This document shows positions 48,872 through 60,947 of a stretch of 64,000 nt of DNA, piece by piece (within the stretch, counting starts at the first letter, position 1; each line of letters begins with the position of its first letter). Both the position numbers and the translations under genes were made by a program. The notes beneath the pieces were generated by a model. That model had not been told where the DNA came from, did not search any database, and saw nothing but the letters and a program-made list of their open reading frames with translations. This DNA comes from Massalongia carnosa (taxonomy: Eukaryota). Location: positions 2,170,001-2,234,000 of the forward strand of contig OZ287073.1 in assembly GCA_965645245.1 (NCBI GenBank), given 5' to 3'.

Positions 48872-49359
48872 TGTCATGGAATTACCTCGCACCCTCCCAC
48901 GTTTCCTGATCGGGTTAGTATTTAACAGGCTCTCTTGCCGTGAAACCTGCCCTGCATGTTGAATAGAACCGTGGCTCGTTATTCCGAACTATCCTGAAAA
49001 CCTCACCCCATGTGTTCAGACCTTCTTCCGCTGCCTTCAGTGCACTCCCAAACTCCTACATCCCGAATCCAATCTCAACGTCTCCACTATCCAAGCCTAC
49101 GACTGGGATTGCCCAGCAGAGAGAGATTGCTTCGGCATGGAGAAAGGCGTAACAGGTCAAAGCGATCATGGTTAGGAAATTAGAACGAACAGAGATGAGG
49201 GCAAGTCAAGAATAGGGGAGTTGGAAGCCATGGCTATAAAACCTATGTGGTTTCTCAGGTGTTTGGAGCTCTTCGTCGGACGTCTTGTATACTATCCCTA
49301 GACCTAGCTTTGTAATAGTAACTCTTGCATATCTCCCTATCTGCACCTTGTCCGTGACA
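48872..49359. mobile_element. Solo LTR (488 bp)
   Basis: TGTCATGGA...TCCGTGACA with CAACT TSD. Confidence 0.9.
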
Positions 49360-49377
49360 CAACTCAATTAATTCATT

Positions 49378-51221
49378 ATGAACTCAGCAGACGAACTGCC
49401 CAAAGAGGAGCGCATTCAGCTTGCTATTGCTGCTTATAGAGAGTCATTTAATGACTGGGAAGCCGGTCCCAAAGCTTTCGAAGACAAGCCATCCGTTCGA
49501 AAAATCGCCCGTAAGCATGGTATCATTCATTCCACCCTTACTAGACGACTTGCAGAAACGAAAACTCATAAAGAAGCTGCTCTATTGCAGCAGCGATTAC
49601 TTCCGGAGGAGGAATCCGCTCTCGTGGACTGGACAATACAAATGGAGGCATGGGGCTGGCCTCCTCGTGTAACACAACTTCGCTTTATGGCGTTAGAAAT
49701 GCTGATAAAGCGAGACGATCGCAACGATTTGGGTATCAATGGGTGAGCAAATTTTTATCCCGTCATAAAGAGTTGGATACTGTGTTTTGTCAGGCATTGG
49801 ACAAGGAAAGAGCTTTAATGCATAATGCGGAAATGCTCAATCAATGGTTTCAGCTGTACGCAAAGAATTTTAATCAATACAAATTCAATGAGGAGGACTG
49901 CTACAATATGGATGAAAAAGGATTTGCTATGGGACTAGTGGGCAAGCTCAGAGTAATTTGCTCTAAGCATGATCGACCAGCATTATTGACTCAATGCGGT
50001 AATAGAGAATGGGTTTCTCTGATCGAATGTGTATCTGCTGATGGAGCGGTTCTTAAACCATGGGTTATTTTCAAAGGTAAACAACAGCAAAAGGCCTGGC
50101 GTTCATTTATCAAAGAAGGTGGTCACATTGCTCTGAGTGAGAATGGATGGACAAACAATGAAATCGGTCTGGATTGGTTAAAGCAGTGTTTTGAACCGGA
50201 AACACGAAGCCGTTTAAAAGGTCGCTATCGTCTTCTTATTCTCGATGGACATGCTTCTCATCTTACTTCAGAAGCGATTCAGTTTTGTAAGGAAAAAGAC
50301 ATCATTCTTTTATGTCTTCCTTCTCATTCAACGGACATGCTTCAGCCTTTAGACGTTGGTGTTTTTCATCCATTGTCTACAGCCTATCGGGTGGAACTGG
50401 AGAAGTATACTAGACTAGGAGTTGGTTATTCAATTGATAAAGCAGACTTTCTGCTTCTTTATCAAAAGGCTCGAAACAGAGCTTTATCCACTCAAAATAT
50501 TCAGCATGCCTGGTCCAAAAGTGGGTTGTTTCCATTCAATCCTGCTATAGTTCTTCAAAAACTTCCTAGTCCACCTCATCCTTCTACGCCTCCGAAAATG
50601 ACAGTCACGAGTTCAAATGATGTCTCTGTTTCAGTGGCATTTACTCCAGCAAATGCTGATCAAGTCAATACTTTGATGGAGCAATTGACTGACAATGACT
50701 CAAATCAATTGATTCTCGACAAGCTTGGAAAGGCCTGCAAATCCGCGTTGGCAAGCAGTCATCTTCTCAGGATTACAAACGAAGAACTTCTTGTAGCTGC
50801 TCGTCGTAAACACGAAAGAGCAAATCGAGCGAAGGGACATTATGGTACTGCTAGAATCATGAATTCGGAGGTTCTCGAGGAACGAGAGCAAAAGCTAGCT
50901 AGCAAAGAAAAGGAAAAGATTGATAAACAAATGACCAAAGAGTTCAATCTTTTGGTGAAATCTTTCAACAAACTCAGTCCCGATTTATTCATGGAGTCAA
51001 AACAACGCAGTCCCATCAAGAAAGCTCTTCAAAGGCCTCCGATGCTTCCTCCGCCTTCGGGTTCAATCATACTTCTCTCGCCCAGTCCTATCAAGAAGCG
51101 ATCAAGAGGAAATTCATTGCCAAAAAAGACTTTCATGATTGGGCCGGAGGCGAATAGAATGAAAGAAATGCGCATCAGTCGAAGTGGTAGGACAATAAAG
51201 CCGTCGCAAAGGCTTGATTAA
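49378..51221 (+). pseudogene. pogo transposase with a single frameshift near 49740
   Basis: HTH, WGWPP, YNMDEKGF, LILDGHASH, MLQPLDVG. The expected GINWVSKF is broken by a 1-bp deletion. Confidence 0.9.
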
Positions 51222-53413
51222 AGAACTAGAAACTCGCCTCGTACGCATGATCCTCCTCCTCCTAGCCAATAAAAAGTCTCTGTACGTATAAATAGTCCTT
51301 TCACAAGTTCATTTGCCCTGAGTTTATCTGTCAAATGATGTTGATGGGACTTCAGGACCTATCCTAAAAATTCCCTCCGATCCAACACAAGCAACGCCTT
51401 CTTGATCAACAGTATCGCTTTTTCGAAGCTCAAACTGGAAGACCTCGTTGATTAGAGGACATCGATTGGTCAAGGGAAAGTTATTAGGACAGTCTGCTGC
51501 TGTCAGACAGCTGGAAAGTGGGAGTGAAAAGATGAGGTTTAAACGTACATACAAAGCTCAATTCCAGTTCTTTTGATGCAGCCATTGGGTTATATTTAAG
51601 GTCAATAAATGTTCAGATTATTCCGAACCGACTTCATCAGTTGGCTTGCAATTACTCGAAGCTGAAAGGTAAAGGTTTTTCGGATTTTGGTGGGGTGCTT
51701 ACTAACTAGCGTGTTGCAAATGGAGGTGTGTTGCAAATGGGGGTAAATACGAGTACATGTCTCCCTCGTCTAATCTCATCGCTTGACCCCGCTTTAAAAT
51801 TTCTAAAAGCTCGGTGCCGTAGGGCCTAATACCAGCCCATGTGTTACCAATCCATCGTCGCATGGTGGGCTCGTCCACAATCTGATCCGCCCAAGTGGTC
51901 AAAGAATTCAGTACCTCATCGGGCATTATCAATGATGGAAAGTATCGCATATGTGAATTTGGGAACTTTTCCTGCGCCTTGGCCTCCCTCCATTCTCGAA
52001 GTTTAAGGGTGAACCAAGGCCGCCTAGACGAGTCACGCTCGGCCGTTTTATTTAACATCTCATTGGCGGCTGTTGATATCTGAAAACTTGGATCGCAAAT
52101 TGAACAGCAAGGTTGCGGCTTAACATAGGCCGACGTTGGATACACTTTATCATTGAAGAAATTCAAGCCAATACCTCGAACGCAACCATCTGAAGGCACA
52201 TTGATTATCTCCCAAAGACCCGGTGGCATATCTCGTCGCCGATCAGCATCCTTTTGATTGATGCAGCGTTTACTGGCCTTGGATTCAATCTCGATTCCCG
52301 CGTCATCAGATCCGTCCTGTTCGTCCATTTTTGATCCGCTTCTTGGACCTATGCACCAAGAAGGATGCAAAAGAGTAAAATGCGCCTGTCCTCGACCGCA
52401 ACGCAAAGCACGACCTAAACGTTGATATAGCTTCGCCATTGACGAGGGTAGCAGCCATTGCGTAACTCTCATAACGTCTGGATTATCAATACCGAGCCCG
52501 TATGCATCCGTTGCGATCAGGATTCGAGGAAATTTACATTGCTTCGAGGGCATTTCGAAGCGAGCCGCAATCCTTTCTTTGTCTTGGGTGGCCATGTCGG
52601 AAAAGAAAGGCGCGACCCAACTAGCAGCCTCAATTGGATAGGACAATTGATTCATCCATACTTTCATTAGCGCACACGCCTTTTTGATAGATGAAATTGA
52701 ATCCATGAAGATAATCGTTTTCGGAATATTAAAAGGACTCTCAGCCCGTGTTGGTAAAAGATGTTGAAGATCGATCATGCTGTTCATAGGCCTCTGTAGA
52801 CTGCTCGTCTGTATGTATATCTCTGGACGATCAAGCGCTGTTTGAATAACAGTACTTTCGTTATCAAAGCCACAGCGATCTTTAACGCTCTCTAGGATTT
52901 TTGGATCCAGCGTTGCAGACGCACCCAGAAAAGGAGTACCGTCTGGTAATCGTGTACGAAGCACACCGAGATTGAAGTATTCGGGCCGGAAATCTCGCCA
53001 TTCGGATACAAGATGTATCTCATCAAGAGCTAAAAGACATAAATTCAAGAAGAACCTTGGATGCCTCAGAACCTCCTGATTAAACAGCTTTGACGTCGCT
53101 ATCTCTGGGCTAGTAAAAACTATTCATATCAACGAGTAAGTTTTTATATTTATCTCAATCATAATTTGAATACACACCATGCGTATAATTGTTTTCACGA
53201 ATTAACTTTAAATTAGAAGAATTATTACTATCACCGTCCAACACGAAAGGCTTGCATCCCTCGATAACGCTCAATTTCTTGCACTGTTGAGCTTCTAAGG
53301 TCTTGAGAGGCATGATAATTAAAGCGATCTTAAGACAAGAGAACATTAATGGCATAGCTTGAAAGATAATACTCTTTCCAAATCCAGTCTTGGCGATAAA
53401 TATCAGATCCTTT

Positions 53414-53900
53414 TGTCATGAAATGCCTCCGACCTCACCACGTGCCTCTATCACGTGCCTTGATCTGATGACTACTCACGGACGTCGTGCCATGCCTTCG
53501 GGACCCTCATATCATTCTTCGAATTCGCCGATTACTGATCATTAATCAGCCTCGCATTGATGATTTATTCCCGTCTTTCGACTATTATCATGTCTAATAG
53601 CTTCGCATTGATGTTTGACATCTCCCGTCTCCTCGCTGACCCCATCGTGCTTATTGCCGCTATAATGCCCCTCATTCATCATCGCACTGACTAGACATCA
53701 TTCGCCGCCACCCTAGAAAGATGAATATGGGAGGACAAAGATATAAGAAAGAAGTCGAATCATGGAAGTTCTGATTCTTTGTCGAACGTCTTGAATAGCC
53801 AACCTAGCCTAGCCTAGATTCATAGCTATAGACTCAATCAATAAGCTCGACCATCAACCCACCTTGCCTTTGCCCTTGCCCTCGACCTGATTTCGTGACA
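53414..53900 (+). repeat. 5' LTR
   Basis: TGTCATG...CGTGACA, direct repeat of 59608-60094. Confidence 0.97.
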
Positions 53901-53902
53901 TT

Positions 53903-53911
53903 ACGTTCGAC
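53903..53911 (+). promoter_or_regulatory. Self-priming-type primer binding site
   Basis: ACGTTCGAC is complementary to GTCGAACGT at 53781-53789, ~35 nt downstream of the LTR TATAA. Confidence 0.65.
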
Positions 53912-53976
53912 CAACATTCAAAAGTGCCTTCCATAGCATTTTCCCTCATCTCCCTTTATCTCATTCCCCCTCAATC

Positions 53977-55119
53977 ATGTCTTCAGCAGAAGAGAACCTC
54001 TCCGAGCTGGATAAGCGTATTCGATTCATTCAGGAACGTCTTCAGGCAGACCCTCAGCAATTCCTGAGTCAAATGGACAACCTAGAAGCCGAAGTAAACC
54101 AACTTCGCAACAATGCCAATACCCCTTCTATTTCCGAGCCCATACCTATCTCAAATCCACCCCCCCCTACCTTGGATCCGCAAATCATGGCCATGATGCA
54201 GCTGCTCCTGGCGTCAAAAAACTCCCTCATCCGCTCCGAAAAGCTCCCGGACATCACGGAGTATGAGGGCGAAGAAGTCAAGCTGGATGCGTGGGAGCAG
54301 TCCCTGATTCAAAGAATGCATGTCAACAATGATCGATACCCGTTCGATCAAGCCAAAATTGCCTATGCCGAAAGCCGACTCACCATAGGCAAAAAGGCTC
54401 ATAACCTAATGAATGCGTACAGGGTCGATGGCCTTTGCGTACTCACCTCATTTGCTGAATGGCGATCAGCCCTCCGCCGCGCATGCGGAAATCCCTACGA
54501 GCAGGAGGATGCTCGCAAATACCTTCGCGATATCCTCAAACAGGGAAGTAGTAGCTTCGAGGAGTACTACAACCTTTTTGCGCAGAAAAAAGACCGGTCC
54601 AAGATGGAAGATGCCAGCCTGATCGATGCCATGAAGGCAAATGTGAATTATTCAACCCAGACCGCAGCCCTAATGTATAGGGTCCCCGGAACCCAAAGGC
54701 AACCAACCACCTTCGACGAGCACGTCACCATGTGGTTGGAGACAGATCGTGGCCTTCGGCAGATCCGCCACATTGCCCCAAAGGCGAACACCACCACTAT
54801 CACCCCGACACCGAAAAAGCCAAACCCGTTATCAGCACTTCCCCCGACAGTCGCTCCCGCTGCCAAAGCACCTGTCGCTTCTCCCGCCTCCCCTGCGCTG
54901 CTCATTGGCGACCCCATGGACCTAAGCTCTGCCATGGCAGCGGTGAAAGGCCAATCGCTCAAAACCGAGGGGGTCCGCAAAATCTGCGAAGACTGGAAGT
55001 TGTGTTTCTACTGCAAATTGCAGCATCCAGGGAAGTCAGCAACTGACTGTCCCAACAAGCGAACCAACCTTCGGAGCATGGAGCTCGAAGCCCCTGATAT
55101 TGATCAGGGAAAAGCCTAG
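53977..55119 (+). CDS. gag: Gag
   Basis: 380-aa ORF with GDPMDL and zinc knuckle CFYCKLQHPGKSATDC. Confidence 0.95.
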   Translation: MSSAEENLSELDKRIRFIQERLQADPQQFLSQMDNLEAEVNQLRNNANTPSISEPIPISNPPPPTLDPQIMAMMQLLLASKNSLIRSEKLPDITEYEGEEVKLDAWEQSLIQRMHVNNDRYPFDQAKIAYAESRLTIGKKAHNLMNAYRVDGLCVLTSFAEWRSALRRACGNPYEQEDARKYLRDILKQGSSSFEEYYNLFAQKKDRSKMEDASLIDAMKANVNYSTQTAALMYRVPGTQRQPTTFDEHVTMWLETDRGLRQIRHIAPKANTTTITPTPKKPNPLSALPPTVAPAAKAPVASPASPALLIGDPMDLSSAMAAVKGQSLKTEGVRKICEDWKLCFYCKLQHPGKSATDCPNKRTNLRSMELEAPDIDQGKA

Positions 55120-55146
55120 TCTCTGCACATCGTCGCGTGCAGGGAC
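55107..55146 (+). promoter_or_regulatory. Predicted -1 ribosomal frameshift signal
   Basis: Slippery G GGA AAA (55107-55113), then hairpin GTCTCTGCAC-8 nt-GTGCAGGGAC. pol is in the -1 frame relative to gag. Confidence 0.8.
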
Positions 55147-58100
55147 TCCCCCCCCTTCTCATTTCCTCATGTTTGATGGCCAGTTTTTCCCCCTCTTTGA
55201 GATCCAATACGCGATTTTCCGCAGCCTCCGCTTTGGAGCTGTTTGAATCAGATAAGACGTTCAGAGACAGTCACATGGTGATGACAGGTATCTTGCGATT
55301 ATCTAGATCTAGGATTAGAACGTATAATCTAATTGATTGTGGTGCATCTGGCTTTTCATTCATCGATGAGAAATTTGCGCATACTAACCAAATTCCCCTT
55401 CATCTTCTCAAATATCCCCGCCGGCTCGAAGGATTCGACGGCCAAAGGGCTCTATCCGGCAATATCACTCATGTGGCCGAAATCACCATGGATCTAGAAG
55501 GTCATGTAGAAAAACTCTTTCTATATGTCACCGGGTTAAAAAATTATCCCATTATCCTGGGCCATCCATGGCTCCGCCGGCATAACGCCATAGCCGATTT
55601 TGGGCATAATACGCTCACCTTTGCCTCCCCCTACTGCCTCACTCACTGTTGCCCCCACCCCGTCAAGCTTCAAGCCGTTGAGGAAGAATTCCTCACCCCA
55701 GCCGAGAGTCGAAAAATCTGGGATGAAGAGATCCTCGAAGACGCCCTAGGAAAAGTTATCAATCAAGACACGTCTATCAGAACGTCGATAACTTCTCTAG
55801 AAGAGGGGGAAGAAATTCCCACAATCAAAAATTCCATTCCTGACAATCCCGTCAAAATCGAGGAATCCATCCCTTTGTTCAAAACCGCGCCGCGCGATTT
55901 CACCTTAATCAAACCCGAAATCAATGAACCCGAACCCCAGCCTCAAAACCCCACCGATGAACCCAGTCGCATTGAAAATGCAATCCAGCAAGGGCTTCCC
56001 CCCCCGAAAATCCGATACCGAAGCCCGTCCAAATTGCGGACATCCACCCAAAGACGTGCTCATCAAGCAGCACGCAAAACCACCCCGCAGATGAATGTCT
56101 GCGAAATCGGAGCTATCTCCTTCAATCGACTGACTCGGAAGAAAAACCACGATAGTTTCGCCCTGTCCATGAAAGAAATTGACCTCTTTCTAGGAAAAAC
56201 CAACCCCGAACCTCTAGTAATGAAAGCCTCACCTAGTTCAGCCCCCGATTTGATCGAAAAAGCCAAAAAACCCAGCCCAGCCTACCAACCATTGCCATCT
56301 CGAGCAAGCCCGCACGAGAAAGAAATCCACCTAGCCTTATTTAAGATGAATAAGGCCCTAACCCTAGCCACCGCCGTGACTCGTGAAGAGTTAGACGCTT
56401 ACCGAGAAAGTAAGAACGTCGACCCAGCCCCCCTTCTGCCCAAGCAATACCACGAATTCCTAGATGTCTTCTCGAAGAAGAAATCCGAAGACTTGCCCCC
56501 CCGCCGTCCCTACGATCATGCCATAAACCTGAAAGAAGGTACGCAGGCCCCTAGTCAGGCCCTGTATGGTATGAGTCGTACCGAAATCGAGGAGCTCCGC
56601 CGCTACCTCGACGAAAATCTAGCCAAGGGATTTATTCGGGCTAGTCGCTCCCACGCCGCCTCCCCGGTGATGTTCGTGAAAAAGCCAGGTGGGGGACTTC
56701 GATTTTGCGTGGATTATCGTGCTCTGAATGCCATCACGATTAAGGATCGCTATCCGCTGCCCTTGATCGCCGAGACCCTGCACCAATTAATCAAAGCCAA
56801 GATATTCACCAAGATAGACATCATCGCCGCCTTCAATATGCTCCGCATACGAGAAGGAGACGAAGAACTCACCGCTTTTCGCACTCGTTTCGGCCTTTTC
56901 GAGTCCTTGGTCCTACCCTTCGGCCTATGCAACGGGCCCGCCTCATTTCAGCACTTCATCAACGATACGCTTCACGAGTATCTTGCTGACTTTTGCACTG
57001 CGTACCTAGATGATATCCTCATCTACAGTGACAATGAGCTGGAGCACGAGGTCCACGTCAAAAAAATCCTGTCTCGACTCCGAGATGCAGGCCTGCAAGC
57101 CGACATCACCAAGTGCAAGTTCCATGTCACCGAAATTGCATACCTAGGGATGATCGTGACCACCGAAGGGATAAAAATGGACCCGGCCAAGGTGGAAACC
57201 GTCGTCAATTGGCCAAACCTCGTCAATGTGAAAGATGTGCAAAGCTTTCTGGGTTTTGCTAACTTTTATAGACGATTCGTGTATGGGTTTAGCGACATAG
57301 CTGGCCCCCTAACCAACCTGACCAAGAAGGAGACGGAATTCCTGTGGACTGACAAATGCCAATTGGCATTCGAAATGCTGAAAAAAGCTTTCACCTCCGA
57401 TGTCATTCTCAGGCATTTCGACCCCGATCGTCCCATCATCGTCGAAACCGATGCCTCCGACTATGTTTCGGGGGGTATTCTTTCTCAATACGACGATGAT
57501 GGGATACTTCACCCCGTCGCCTACTTCTCAAAGAAGCACAATCCCGCCGAGTGCAACTACGAGATCTATGACAAAGAACTGATGGCAATCGTTCGATGTT
57601 TTGAAGAATGGCGACCCGAACTAGAAGGATCTGCCTTCCCCATCAGCGTCATATCCGACCACAAAAACCTGGAGTATTTTGCCTCCACCAAGCAGCTCAG
57701 CCGTCGCCAAGCTAGATGGAGCGAATTTCTCTCTCGATTTGACTTCAAGATAGTCTATCGACCAGGAAAAGCCGGAGGAAAACCGGACGCTCTAACTCGT
57801 CGATCGGGAGATCTTCCTAAAGAAGGGGATGATACGGACGAGCGAAGGAAATTTCAACACCAAACCATTTTGAAAACCGAAAACCTGGATGAGGAAGTCG
57901 CAAAAAGTTATTTGCGATCCATTCTTCTGGCACCAGCTTTCCTAGATGATGCAGATATCGAAGAAGCAGAACCTCAGCTAGATGAGGACCTCATCGATCC
58001 CGATGAGGATATCTCCACGGAGCTCCTCTGGGAACAAGCCCTGACACGAGACCAATTCGCCCCCGAAGTCCTGGAAGCCCTTCGTAATAACGAGAGGCAT

Positions 58101-59564
58101 CACAATCGAATCCAATTAGCCGAATGCGAAGATAGGGACGGTATCTTGTATTTTCGAAACAAGAAATACGTACCTCGATCCGATCGTCTGAGGCTTCGTA
58201 TCATTCAACTCGCTCACGATAGCGTCGCCGGCGGACATCCGGGCCGTTCCAAATGCCATGAGTTGGTAAATCGATCCTACTGGTGGCCCAGCATGCATCA
58301 GTCCATCAAGCGATTTATCCGAAACTGCCACACTTGCAGAAGATCAAAACCATCCCGCCAGCGCTATCAGGGCTGGCTACGCCCACTCCCCCCCCCCGAG
58401 CGCAGATGGCGGGATATTTCCATGGATTATGTAGGCCCCCTGACCCCCAGCACCTTCATTGGAATCACTTATCGCTACATCTTGGTGGTTATAGATCGCC
58501 TGTCCAAGATGCGACATTTCATTCCTATCACGTCCATGGAAGTTGAAGACGCCGCCGATGCGTTCTATCAGAATGTCTGGAAACTACATGGGCTTCCCGA
58601 AGCCATGGTTTCTGATCGTGGCCCCCAATTCGTCTCCGATTTCTGGCAGCTCATGTGCAAGAGGCTGAAAATCGACGCCAAGCTATCCACCGGATACCAC
58701 CCGGAGACCGACGGGCAGACCGAGCGAGCCAACGCCACCATGGAGCACTACCTAAGGGCTTATGTCAACTACATGCAGGATGACTGGGCACAATGGCTTC
58801 CTGGCGCCGAATTCGCCAGCAATAACACCGATTCATCTAGTATCCTGGCCTCCCCCTTCCTAGCCAACTTCGGGCAACATCCCCGCATGGGATTTGAACC
58901 GGAGGAACCCCTGCCGCAAGACCTAACCGCTCAGGGCAGAGCAAACCTAGTTGCAGCCAATCAGTTCGTGAATAAGATGCAGGATATCGACACTCATCTT
59001 CGAGACGAAATGCTGATGGCCCAAGCTTCGTACGAAGCAACTGCAAATGCTAACCGACGTCCCTGCCCCCGCTATTTCGTTGGCGATATGGTGTGGCTAA
59101 GCACCAGAAATATCCAAACCGCTCGCCCCACAGTCAAGCTGGATGACCGAAATATCGGCCCCTACCGCGTCAGCAAGGTGTTTTCCAACCCCTTGATCGT
59201 ACAGCTGGAGCTTCCCGATACCGTCAAAATCCATCCCGTCTTTCACGTCAATCTGTTGCAGCATGATGCCAATGACCCCCTCCCCGGGCAGAGACCGGAG
59301 CCTAGAGACCCCGTCATCGCCGAAGATGGCCAACGAGAATGGTATGTCAATAGGGTATTGGATTCCAAGCTCGACCGACGGTTTCAACCCCCGCTTCTGA
59401 AATACCTAGTGGATTGGGAAGGGCATCCTTCCACCTGGGAGCCTTTCAACTATCTCATCAATTGTCAGCAAGTCATAGACGAATACCACCAAGCCTATCC
59501 CAATGCGGCCGGCCCTCATCTAAACCCCTGTCAAATTCCCCGTTGCCAATGCCACGAGGCATAG
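55137..59564 (+). CDS. pol: Pol (protease, RT, RNase H, integrase, chromodomain)
   Basis: LIDCGASG, YLDDILI, ETDASD, HHCC zinc finger, SDRGPQF, TDGQTER, GPY motif and chromodomain YLVDWEG..TWEP. Confidence 0.97.
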   Translation: MQGLPPLLISSCLMASFSPSLRSNTRFSAASALELFESDKTFRDSHMVMTGILRLSRSRIRTYNLIDCGASGFSFIDEKFAHTNQIPLHLLKYPRRLEGFDGQRALSGNITHVAEITMDLEGHVEKLFLYVTGLKNYPIILGHPWLRRHNAIADFGHNTLTFASPYCLTHCCPHPVKLQAVEEEFLTPAESRKIWDEEILEDALGKVINQDTSIRTSITSLEEGEEIPTIKNSIPDNPVKIEESIPLFKTAPRDFTLIKPEINEPEPQPQNPTDEPSRIENAIQQGLPPPKIRYRSPSKLRTSTQRRAHQAARKTTPQMNVCEIGAISFNRLTRKKNHDSFALSMKEIDLFLGKTNPEPLVMKASPSSAPDLIEKAKKPSPAYQPLPSRASPHEKEIHLALFKMNKALTLATAVTREELDAYRESKNVDPAPLLPKQYHEFLDVFSKKKSEDLPPRRPYDHAINLKEGTQAPSQALYGMSRTEIEELRRYLDENLAKGFIRASRSHAASPVMFVKKPGGGLRFCVDYRALNAITIKDRYPLPLIAETLHQLIKAKIFTKIDIIAAFNMLRIREGDEELTAFRTRFGLFESLVLPFGLCNGPASFQHFINDTLHEYLADFCTAYLDDILIYSDNELEHEVHVKKILSRLRDAGLQADITKCKFHVTEIAYLGMIVTTEGIKMDPAKVETVVNWPNLVNVKDVQSFLGFANFYRRFVYGFSDIAGPLTNLTKKETEFLWTDKCQLAFEMLKKAFTSDVILRHFDPDRPIIVETDASDYVSGGILSQYDDDGILHPVAYFSKKHNPAECNYEIYDKELMAIVRCFEEWRPELEGSAFPISVISDHKNLEYFASTKQLSRRQARWSEFLSRFDFKIVYRPGKAGGKPDALTRRSGDLPKEGDDTDERRKFQHQTILKTENLDEEVAKSYLRSILLAPAFLDDADIEEAEPQLDEDLIDPDEDISTELLWEQALTRDQFAPEVLEALRNNERHHNRIQLAECEDRDGILYFRNKKYVPRSDRLRLRIIQLAHDSVAGGHPGRSKCHELVNRSYWWPSMHQSIKRFIRNCHTCRRSKPSRQRYQGWLRPLPPPERRWRDISMDYVGPLTPSTFIGITYRYILVVIDRLSKMRHFIPITSMEVEDAADAFYQNVWKLHGLPEAMVSDRGPQFVSDFWQLMCKRLKIDAKLSTGYHPETDGQTERANATMEHYLRAYVNYMQDDWAQWLPGAEFASNNTDSSSILASPFLANFGQHPRMGFEPEEPLPQDLTAQGRANLVAANQFVNKMQDIDTHLRDEMLMAQASYEATANANRRPCPRYFVGDMVWLSTRNIQTARPTVKLDDRNIGPYRVSKVFSNPLIVQLELPDTVKIHPVFHVNLLQHDANDPLPGQRPEPRDPVIAEDGQREWYVNRVLDSKLDRRFQPPLLKYLVDWEGHPSTWEPFNYLINCQQVIDEYHQAYPNAAGPHLNPCQIPRCQCHEA

Positions 59565-59607
59565 ATAAGATGGCATCGCAGGAGCTCTGCCTTGAAGGGG
59601 GAGCTAC

Positions 59608-60094
59608 TGTCATGAAATGCCTCCGACCTCACCACGTGCCTCTATCACGTGCCTTGATCTGATGACTACTCACGGACGTCGTGCCATGCCTTCGGGACCC
59701 TCATATCATTCTTCGAATTCGCCGATTACTGATCATTAATCAGCCTCGCATTGATGATTTATTCCCGTCTTTCGACTATTATCATGTCTAATAGCTTCGC
59801 ATTGATGTTTGACATCTCCCGTCTCCTCGCTGACCCCATCGTGCTTATTGCCGCTATAATGCCCCTCATTCATCATCGCACTGACTAGACATCATTCGCC
59901 GCCACCCTAGAAAGATGAATATGGGAGGACAAAGATATAAGAAAGAAGTCGAATCATGGAAGTTCTGATTCTTTGTCGAACGTCTTGAATAGCCAACCTA
60001 GCCTAGCCTAGATTCATAGCTATAGACTCAATCAATAAGCTCGACCATCAACCCACCTTGCCTTTGCCCTTGCCCTCGACCTGATTTCGTGACA
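59608..60094 (+). repeat. 3' LTR
   Basis: Direct repeat of 53414-53900. Confidence 0.97.
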
Positions 60095-60575
60095 CCTTTT
60101 GATCTTGTGCCAAAGTCATGATAGCGTCAACTTGCTCATTCTTTGGCGAAAAGCCGAATGTACTTAAAATCACGGTCGTCACCTGCTCGCGAGTTATCGA
60201 CGCTATAGGATCGCCCATTTAGATGTGTTCGCGAGCGATATTCGACGATTCGCGAGTTGGATTCTTAGCCCGCAAAACGCACATCAAGCAAGTTCATCAC
60301 ATTCAACGCTTTTAGGCTTTCGAAAACAACGCTCGGAGGATTAGATTAATGATCAGAAGCGCTGACAATGAAAAACTGGAGCTAGTGACCCGTTGAGTCT
60401 GCTGTGGTGGTGTCGAAATTTCGAGTCAAAGTCGAGTCCTCGTCGCGAGATCGATATTGCGACTCAATTCTGCATCGATATGTAATTAAAATATTGATTA
60501 ATCGATAGAATGTATATCAAAGCATCATTTCTATTACTACATAATTTATGAAATGTCGTTGCGCGTTGTTGATTC

Positions 60576-60947
60576 TGTCACGGTGCGAGGTCAGGTAGAA
60601 ATTCAGATGGTGCAAACGTATTACTTGATTGTCTAGCTAGGTGGACAAGACGTTCGACAAGGAGAAAAGAAACAGAAAATCCAACGTGGGCGAGTATAAG
60701 ACTCTGGCGAACGGAACCAGTCCCAATCCAGCCGTTGATCCAATTTCCCAAGTCCCTGGCATGAAACTATCGCTATGACACTATTGACAGTCCGAACACT
60801 TACCTTCAGCCGGAACACTTACCTTTGCCCTGACTAAACCGGATTAAGCTTAGTTCCTTTCGGATCGGCTAGCCGGCTAGTGCTTCGTTCAAGCAGCTAA
60901 GGTTGGTTCAATGAACTAACTGGCAGGTGCCCAGTCACTCCATGACA
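60576..60947. mobile_element. Solo LTR (372 bp)
   Basis: TGTCACGG...CCATGACA with GATTC TSD. Confidence 0.9.

Larger units (their letters stand above)
48732..51753 (+). mobile_element. pogo/Fot1-like DNA transposon inside the helicase gene
   Basis: TIR (A)CTCGTATT(C/T)ACCCCCATTTGCAACAC with internal ~18-bp tandem units (3 left, 2 right). Ends are ambiguous by 1 bp. Confidence 0.93.
53414..60094 (+). mobile_element. Apparently intact chromoviral Ty3/Gypsy retrotransposon
   Basis: 487-bp LTRs that look identical, CCTTT TSD, polypurine tract GAAGGGGGAG and unbroken gag and pol. Confidence 0.98.
48326..60218 (-). pseudogene. RecQ-like SF2 helicase, split by a Gypsy and a pogo insertion
   Basis: Segments 60218-60095, 53408-53178, 53119-51755 and ~48730-48326. 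AKTGFGKS, FTSPE, LDEIH, SAT, ATDAYGLGID, QRLGRA, zinc motif C..CCSIC and an HRDC-like helix. Confidence 0.88.

Noticed and set aside
48872..49359. 488-bp solo LTR as a copy of the 487-bp Gypsy LTR
   Set aside because: Only the terminal few bases are shared; the internal sequences differ.
48326..60218. RecQ helicase as host SGS1 or a telomere-linked helicase
   Set aside because: It is enclosed by TIRs and a TSD together with a transposase-like gene, and there are no telomere repeats.
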